Shown: one piece after another, positions 1 through 4,360 of the stretch
How positions within the stretch are numbered: the first letter of the stretch is position 1
Layout of the letters: each line of letters begins with the position of its first letter
Origin: a virus
Taxonomy: Duplodnaviria; Heunggongvirae; Uroviricota; Caudoviricetes
Virus record (IMG/VR): IMGVR_UViG_2645727868_000005
Reading direction: 5' to 3' (one strand)
Length of the DNA: 4,360 bases
Notes under the pieces: generated by a model
Told to the model about the DNA's origin: nothing
The model's database searches: none
Seen by the model: only the letters and a program-made list of their open reading frames with translations
Made by a program: the position numbers and the translations under genes

Positions 1-1537
1 CGGGAAATACACCGCACAGGATGCAACGACAGCACAGAAAGGGATAATCCAGCTAAGCAGCGCGACCAACAGCACGTCTGAAACGCTGGCGGCAACGCCA
101 AAGGCAGTAAAAGCAGCCAATGACAATGCTGAGAAACGTCTGCAGAAAGATCAGAACGGTGCGGATATCCCTGGCAAAGACACCTTTACGAAAAATATTG
201 GTGCCTGCCGTGCCTTCGGTGGGTCAGTAAGCACAACAACAGGAAACTGGACGACTGCACAGTTTATCGAGTGGCTGGATTCTCAGGGAGCATTTAACCA
301 TCCATACTGGATGTGCAAGGGTTCCTGGTCTTATGGCAATAATAAAATCATTACTGATACTGGCTGCGGTAATATTCATCTCGCCGGAGCTGTCATTGAA
401 GTAATGGGGATAAAGTCAGCGATGACGATCCGCATTACCACTCCGACCACATCCAGCGGTGGCGGAACAACCAACGCCCAGTTTACCTATATTAATCACG
501 GAACAGATTATTCACCTGGCTGGCGAAGGGACTATAACTCCAGAAATAAGCCAACGGCATCAGAGATCGGGGCGTTACCGTCAGGTGGAACAGCAGTATC
601 ATCAGTTAATCTGTCTTCAAAAGGTCGGGTAACCGCGCTGACAGACAATACGCAGGGGGCAACAGGTCTTGAGTTATACGAGGTGTATAACAACGGATAT
701 CCAACAGCGTATGGAAATATCATTCACCTGAAAGGGATGACAGCCGTTGGCGAAGGTGAGTTACTCATCGGCTGGAGTGGTACAAGCGGTGCTCATGCTC
801 CGGCATTTATTCGTTCACGACGGGATACGACCGACGCAAACTGGTCGCCGTGGGCGCAGCTTTACACCTCGGCTCATCCTCCTGCAGAGTTTTATCCAGT
901 CGGTGCACCAATCCCGTGGCCATCAGATACCGTTCCGTCTGGTTATGTCCTGATGCAGGGGCAGACTTTTGACAAATCTGCATACCCGAAACTTGCAGCC
1001 GCTTATCCGTCAGGCGTGATCCCTGATATGCGTGGCTGGACGATTAAGGGCAAACCTGCCAGTGGTCGGGCCGTATTGTCTCAGGAACAGGACGGCATTA
1101 AATCGCACACCCACAGCGCCAGCGCATCCAGTACGGATTTGGGGACGAAAACCACATCGTCGTTTGATTACGGCACTAAATCCACGAATAACATCGGGGC
1201 GCATACGCACAGTGTGAGCGGTACAGCCGCAAGTGCCGGAAACCATACTCATAGTGTCACAGGCGCATCAGCAGTCAGCCAGTGGTCACAAAATGGGTCA
1301 GTACATAAGGTAGTGTCTGCGGCCAGTGTGAATACAAGTGCTGCAGGAGCGCACACTCATAGTGTCAGCGGCACAGCTGCATCTGCAGGTGCTCACGCAC
1401 ATACTGTCGGTATTGGTGCTCATACGCACTCGGTTGCGATTGGCTCACATGGACACACCATCACCGTTAACGCTGCTGGTAACGCGGAAAACACCGTCAA
1501 AAACATCGCATTTAACTATATTGTGAGGCTTGCATGA
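1..1537 (+). CDS. stf: Side tail fiber protein, C-terminal portion (lambda Stf-like); 5' end lies upstream of the window
   Basis: The reading frame beginning at position 2 is open from the window edge to TGA at 1535-1537; the ATG at 311 in the ORF track is internal. The translation carries the conserved tail-fiber box [21 protein letters not shown] (nt 50-112), which I recall from P2 gpH and lambda Stf, a [55 protein letters not shown] segment, seven HxH repeats ([54 protein letters not shown]) and the C-terminus [15 protein letters not shown] that I recognise as lambda-type Stf. Confidence 0.9.
   Translation, partial: GKYTAQDATTAQKGIIQLSSATNSTSETLAATPKAVKAANDNAEKRLQKDQNGADIPGKDTFTKNIGACRAFGGSVSTTTGNWTTAQFIEWLDSQGAFNHPYWMCKGSWSYGNNKIITDTGCGNIHLAGAVIEVMGIKSAMTIRITTPTTSSGGGTTNAQFTYINHGTDYSPGWRRDYNSRNKPTASEIGALPSGGTAVSSVNLSSKGRVTALTDNTQGATGLELYEVYNNGYPTAYGNIIHLKGMTAVGEGELLIGWSGTSGAHAPAFIRSRRDTTDANWSPWAQLYTSAHPPAEFYPVGAPIPWPSDTVPSGYVLMQGQTFDKSAYPKLAAAYPSGVIPDMRGWTIKGKPASGRAVLSQEQDGIKSHTHSASASSTDLGTKTTSSFDYGTKSTNNIGAHTHSVSGTAASAGNHTHSVTGASAVSQWSQNGSVHKVVSAASVNTSAAGAHTHSVSGTAASAGAHAHTVGIGAHTHSVAIGSHGHTITVNAAGNAENTVKNIAFNYIVRLA
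1106..1456 (+). repeat. Protein-level His-x-His repeat array in the tail fiber tip (diverged at DNA level, not a nucleotide tandem repeat)
   Basis: Seven HxH motifs in G(A/S/N)H(T/A/G)H(S/T) contexts are encoded between 1106 and 1456. The two [15 protein letters not shown] copies use different synonymous codons, so this is an old in-frame duplication. Confidence 0.7.
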
Positions 1538-2436
1538 TTACGCTCATTCTTTCTGCACCAGTAACCGAAATGGCTGAAGCATTTAAGCGGGTATTTGCAA
1601 ATGCAGATAATGTGAATATTGTCGGAAAGCCATTTGAAACAATCAGAGAATTTGACTGCATGGTAAGTGCGGCAAATAGTTTCGGCCTGATGGATGGCGG
1701 TGTTGATGCCGCCATTACCACATTCTTCGGTTCTCAGCTACAGGCCCGCGTTCAGAATCATATTCTTCGTGAATATCTCGGCGAGCAGCCTGTAGGTTCT
1801 GCATTTGTTATTGAAACGGGGCATAATTATCACCCCTGGCTGGTACATGCGCCAACAATGCGTGTTCCGTTGACAATTGACGGAACAGACGCTGTATATA
1901 ACGCAACTTGGGCAGCTCTACTTGCTATCTTTCAGCACAATAAAAACGCAACGACAGACAGGAAAATAAAGACGGTGGTATTCCCTGCAATGGGAGCCGG
2001 ATGTGGTCAGGTGCCGTTTGAAAGCGTTGCCCGGCAGATGAAGCAGGCATGGGATAACTTTAATAAAAAAACAGAATCAATTAACTGGGAATACGCACAA
2101 TCCCGCCAGTCGGCAGTATTTGGCACATATGCATACTGTCCGGGTAATTCTGTTTGCCGTTATGCGGATACTAAATATATTGGATGCGGCGATTATCGGA
2201 CGTATTGCTCACGCTCCGGGCAGGTCTGTATTAACCCTGAACATCAGGCTGATGATGTACTGATACAACATCAGGCTAATAACCGGTTTCGCCCTGGTTC
2301 GCATATACACCGGATTAATCCAGAAAATCCTGTAGGTAATGTCATCTCTGGCGCACATAGCCACGGAAGTAGCATCGTTATTGGTGCTCACACCCATACG
2401 CTCAATAAACAATATTCTGTCTCTGATATTAAGTAG
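1534..2436 (+). CDS. Macro-domain (ADP-ribose binding/processing) protein fused to a Cys-rich, HxH-containing fiber-tip-like C-terminal module
   Basis: 300-aa ORF. Its ATG (1534-1536) overlaps the stf stop (ATGA, 1534-1537), with GAGG at 1525-1528 five nt upstream. Residues around nt 1654-1716 read [21 protein letters not shown], matching the macro-domain N-A-A-N...G-G-G-V...A-I box; nt ~1975-2010 encode [12 protein letters not shown], matching the second macro box (AFPAISTGVYG-like). The C-terminal part has five Cys in [32 protein letters not shown] and two HxH motifs (GAHSHG, GAHTHT). Stop TAG at 2434-2436. Confidence 0.75.
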   Translation: MITLILSAPVTEMAEAFKRVFANADNVNIVGKPFETIREFDCMVSAANSFGLMDGGVDAAITTFFGSQLQARVQNHILREYLGEQPVGSAFVIETGHNYHPWLVHAPTMRVPLTIDGTDAVYNATWAALLAIFQHNKNATTDRKIKTVVFPAMGAGCGQVPFESVARQMKQAWDNFNKKTESINWEYAQSRQSAVFGTYAYCPGNSVCRYADTKYIGCGDYRTYCSRSGQVCINPEHQADDVLIQHQANNRFRPGSHIHRINPENPVGNVISGAHSHGSSIVIGAHTHTLNKQYSVSDIK

Positions 2437-2444
2437 AGGTGAAC

Positions 2445-3029
2445 ATGGATTTCAGAATGAGTGAACAACCACGGACCATAACAATTTATAATCTGCTGGC
2501 CGGAACTAATGAATTTATTGGTGAAGGTGACGCATACATTCCGCCTCATACAGGTCTGCCAGCAAACAGTACCGATATTGCACCGCCAGATATTCCGGCT
2601 GGTTTCGTGGCTGTTTTCAACAGTGATGAGTCATCGTGGCATCTCGTTGAAGATCATCGGGGTAAAACGGTTTATGACGTGGCTTCCGGCGACGCGTTAT
2701 TTATTTCTGAACTCGGCTCATTACCGGAAAATGTCACCTGGTTATCCCCGGAAGGGGAGTTTCAGAAGTGGAACGGCACAGCCTGGGTGAAGGATACGGA
2801 AGCAGAAAAACTGTTCCGGATCCGGGAGGCGGAAGAAACAAAAAACAGCCTGATGCAGGTAGCCAGTGAGCATATAGCGCCGCTTCAGGATGCTGTGGAT
2901 CTGGAGATCGCAACGGAGAAAGAAACCTTGTTGCTGGAAGCCTGGAAAAAGTATCGGGTGTTGCTGAACCGTGTTGATACATCAACTGCACCTGATATTG
3001 AGTGGCCTGCGGTCCCTGTTATGGAGTAA
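2445..3029 (+). CDS. tfa: Tail fiber assembly protein (chaperone), lambda Tfa family
   Basis: ATG at 2445 with SD AGAGGTG (2435-2441) five nt upstream. The product [79 protein letters not shown]...[11 protein letters not shown] is 194 aa and near-identical along its length to lambda Tfa ([18 protein letters not shown]...) as I remember it. The ORF track's GTG at 2439 is two codons upstream and overlaps the SD, so ATG 2445 is preferred. Confidence 0.92.
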   Translation: MDFRMSEQPRTITIYNLLAGTNEFIGEGDAYIPPHTGLPANSTDIAPPDIPAGFVAVFNSDESSWHLVEDHRGKTVYDVASGDALFISELGSLPENVTWLSPEGEFQKWNGTAWVKDTEAEKLFRIREAEETKNSLMQVASEHIAPLQDAVDLEIATEKETLLLEAWKKYRVLLNRVDTSTAPDIEWPAVPVME

Positions 3030-3043
3030 TCGTTTTGTGATAT

Positions 3044-3090
3044 GCCGCAGCAACTTGTCATGGCAGGATACTGCGGCTGATTTGTGAATT
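3044..3090 (+). terminator. Possible weak intrinsic terminator or stem-loop between the convergent tfa and RT genes
   Basis: Perfect 7-bp inverted repeat GCCGCAG (3044-3050) and CTGCGGC (3071-3077) with a 20-nt loop, followed by the T-rich but interrupted TGATTTGTGAATTT. The long loop and broken U-tract make it weak. Confidence 0.25.
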
Positions 3091-3141
3091 TAAATAGTGT
3101 GTTTATTGCTTTATATATAAAGGATTTAATGGATTACATAT

Positions 3142-4260
3142 CTATGATATCCCTGAAATGTCCTCTTCAAGCTCTTTTACTGATTTCGCAATTTTAAATT
3201 TAAATTTTCTCTCTATTTCACTATTGCTAAGTTTTTTTTCATTCTCTTTCCCTATCCACATAGAAACAATTTCTCGTTTCTGAGATATATGTAGATTGTC
3301 AAAGTTAGGTATGTATTTAAAAGTCTCCGCTCTACCCCTGCGGAGTTCATAGAAAGTTTTAATCAAAGACTTTGGTTTTATTTCTGATGAAAGGCCGAAT
3401 CGGCGGATAAGATTATTGATCGTATGATTAACAGCTCGAAGTTGAGCTGTTGACGTTATTTGTGAGAAGTACGATACCCATCCCAATCGTTTACCTTCAA
3501 ACACACATCCCGTAATTCTAAGATTTAGTTTCCACTGACAATATGCAACAGCTCGTTCTTTATCGTGCTTATTTTTAGCTTGTAGTAGAGCGTGTCTATA
3601 TGCAGTAAAAATTTTTGCTAAGGATGACTCAAATCTAAGAATGCTCTCATGTTTTATCAATAATTCTCGATTTTTTATGTGGTAGCCCAAAAAGTTGAAA
3701 CTTTCATCCAAGCTGCCTACTTTGGATTTTGAGTTCTCTTCATTTAATGGATGTGGGTTTAAATTTAATGATTGAAGCTTATCAATGATATGAGATGCAA
3801 TTTTTGTTGCTTGATCTTTTTGCGTTAAAATAAGAATGTCATCAACGTATCGCATGTACCATATGTCATGCATTTTATTGATTTCATTGTCGAAATCAGA
3901 TAGTGATATTTCAGCTAAAATGTTTGATATTGCTAACCCCTGAGGTACTCCTCTGGTATTATTAGGGACACCTTTGCTTCCTGTACTTCCACTTACAGTA
4001 GGCACGATTAATGATGATGTTATTAACTGCCTAATTTCTTTTTTTCTAATCTTATTTTTTATTGCATTAAATATCAATTTATGTTCAATTGAAGGATAGA
4101 AACTTTTGAGATCTATTTTTGCATATTCAGCATATAGATCGCTGTTTAATGCATTTTTCAATAAGTCAATTACTGTATGTGGTAGTTTTAATCTGGAGTT
4201 AGGATATATTTCTGTAAGGCATACCAGATTCGCCCGGATCTTCCGAAGTTGTTTCCACAC
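3142..4260 (-). CDS. Reverse transcriptase, compact single-domain prokaryotic RT (candidate defence-associated RT; class unresolved)
   Basis: 372-aa minus-strand ORF from GTG (plus 4258-4260) to TAG (plus 3142-3144). RT motifs present: motif 1 IDLKSFYPSI (plus 4087-4113), motif B RGVPQGLAISNILAEISL (GVPQG at plus 3937-3951), motif C YMRYVDDILIL (YVDD at plus 3838-3849), motif 7 FNFLGYHI. An in-frame TGA lies 11 codons upstream of the GTG with no other start in between. The gene is AT-rich (roughly 30-35% GC) against about 50% GC in the fiber genes. Confidence 0.85.
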   Translation of the reverse strand: MWKQLRKIRANLVCLTEIYPNSRLKLPHTVIDLLKNALNSDLYAEYAKIDLKSFYPSIEHKLIFNAIKNKIRKKEIRQLITSSLIVPTVSGSTGSKGVPNNTRGVPQGLAISNILAEISLSDFDNEINKMHDIWYMRYVDDILILTQKDQATKIASHIIDKLQSLNLNPHPLNEENSKSKVGSLDESFNFLGYHIKNRELLIKHESILRFESSLAKIFTAYRHALLQAKNKHDKERAVAYCQWKLNLRITGCVFEGKRLGWVSYFSQITSTAQLRAVNHTINNLIRRFGLSSEIKPKSLIKTFYELRRGRAETFKYIPNFDNLHISQKREIVSMWIGKENEKKLSNSEIERKFKFKIAKSVKELEEDISGIS

Positions 4261-4300
4261 ACCGAAAAGAACGCAGCTTAAATTTCCATTTCACGCTCTT

Positions 4301-4330
4301 TAACAATAAGCAATCAACTTAACAGTCAAT
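4301..4330 (-). promoter_or_regulatory. Candidate sigma70-like promoter for the RT gene (speculative)
   Basis: On the minus strand, TTGACT (-35-like; plus 4324-4329) is followed 15 nt later by TATTGT (-10-like; plus 4303-4308), about 45 nt upstream of the GTG start. Spacing is slightly short and the -10 match is 4 of 6. Confidence 0.2.
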
Positions 4331-4350
4331 TCAAACTAAAGGAGTCAATT

Positions 4351-4360
4351 ATGCAACCAC
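4351..4360 (+). CDS. 5' end of an unidentified plus-strand gene (M-Q-P...), divergent from the RT; continues beyond the window
   Basis: ATG at 4351 preceded by strong SD AAAGGAG (4338-4344) at 6-nt spacing. Only three codons are visible, so no product call is possible. Confidence 0.3.

Noticed and set aside
1100-1460. Possible nucleotide tandem repeat or CRISPR-like array suggested by recurring GCNCAYACNCAY strings
   Set aside because: The recurrence is at protein level (HxH motifs) with divergent codons and variable spacing, entirely within a coding frame; there are no direct repeats of fixed length with unique spacers.
311-1537. ORF-track start at ATG 311 for the tail fiber gene
   Set aside because: The same frame is open without stops back to the window edge (position 2) and encodes recognisable fiber sequence, so 311 is an internal Met and the gene is 5'-truncated by the window.
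532-1721. Small ORFs overlapping stf in other frames or on the opposite strand (532-723 minus, 747-953 plus, 1010-1252 minus, 1032-1217 plus, 1338-1526 plus, 1512-1721 minus)
   Set aside because: All lie inside the well-supported stf and macro coding frames, have low-complexity or Arg/Pro-rich translations typical of off-frame reads of GC-richer coding DNA, and lack ribosome-binding sites.
2209-2991. Overlapping ORFs 2209-2412 (minus), 2509-2790 (plus), 2734-2991 (minus)
   Set aside because: Embedded in the macro ORF and in tfa, whose frames are supported by motif content and near-identity to lambda Tfa; most likely spurious.
1534-3029. Invertible tail-fiber segment (Mu G / P1 C / e14 P type) with alternative fiber C-termini
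   Set aside because: No invertase gene, no inverted duplicate of the stf 3' end on the opposite strand, and tfa is on the same strand directly downstream; the HxH similarity in the macro ORF is a direct, not inverted, arrangement.
4106-4303. 65-aa plus-strand ORF antisense to the RT 5' end
   Set aside because: Overlaps the RT N-terminal coding region including motif 1, has no SD and an unremarkable AT-rich translation; most likely spurious.
3030-4360. Group II intron carrying the RT
   Set aside because: The RT is only 372 aa with no evident maturase (X) or endonuclease domain. The 112-bp 3' flank shows no domain V-like hairpin with GNRA loop, and the 5' flank is occupied within about 90 bp by a divergent gene, leaving no room for ribozyme domains I-III.
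4261-4360. Retron msr-msd ncRNA upstream of the RT
   Set aside because: Only about 90 bp are available before the divergent gene, I could not find a1/a2-type inverted repeats, and the RT has FLGY rather than the retron-typical VTG motif. It cannot be fully excluded because the window ends at 4360.

Overview
The window covers the distal end of a lambda-like phage or prophage side-tail-fiber module, followed by the start of an AT-rich accessory island. On the plus strand there is (i) the 3' part of a side tail fiber gene, open from the window start to 1537, with a C-terminal array of His-x-His repeats ending ...[11 protein letters not shown]; (ii) an unexpected 300-aa ORF (1534..2436), translationally coupled to the fiber gene, with macro-domain (ADP-ribose binding/processing) signature boxes in its N-terminal ~185 aa and a Cys-rich C-terminus ending in fiber-tip-like HxH repeats; (iii) a 194-aa tail fiber assembly chaperone gene (tfa, 2445..3029). 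Immediately after the tfa stop the composition drops from about 50% GC to about 30-35% GC (eyeball estimate), and a 372-aa reverse transcriptase (3142..4260, minus strand) sits convergent to tfa. A divergent plus-strand gene starts at 4351 behind a strong Shine-Dalgarno and runs off the window. The two candidates for an undescribed system are the macro-domain/fiber-tip chimera inside the fiber operon and the orphan compact RT in the accessory island. No rRNA, tRNA, CRISPR array or transposase is visible. All family assignments rest on motif recognition by eye and memory; no searches were run.
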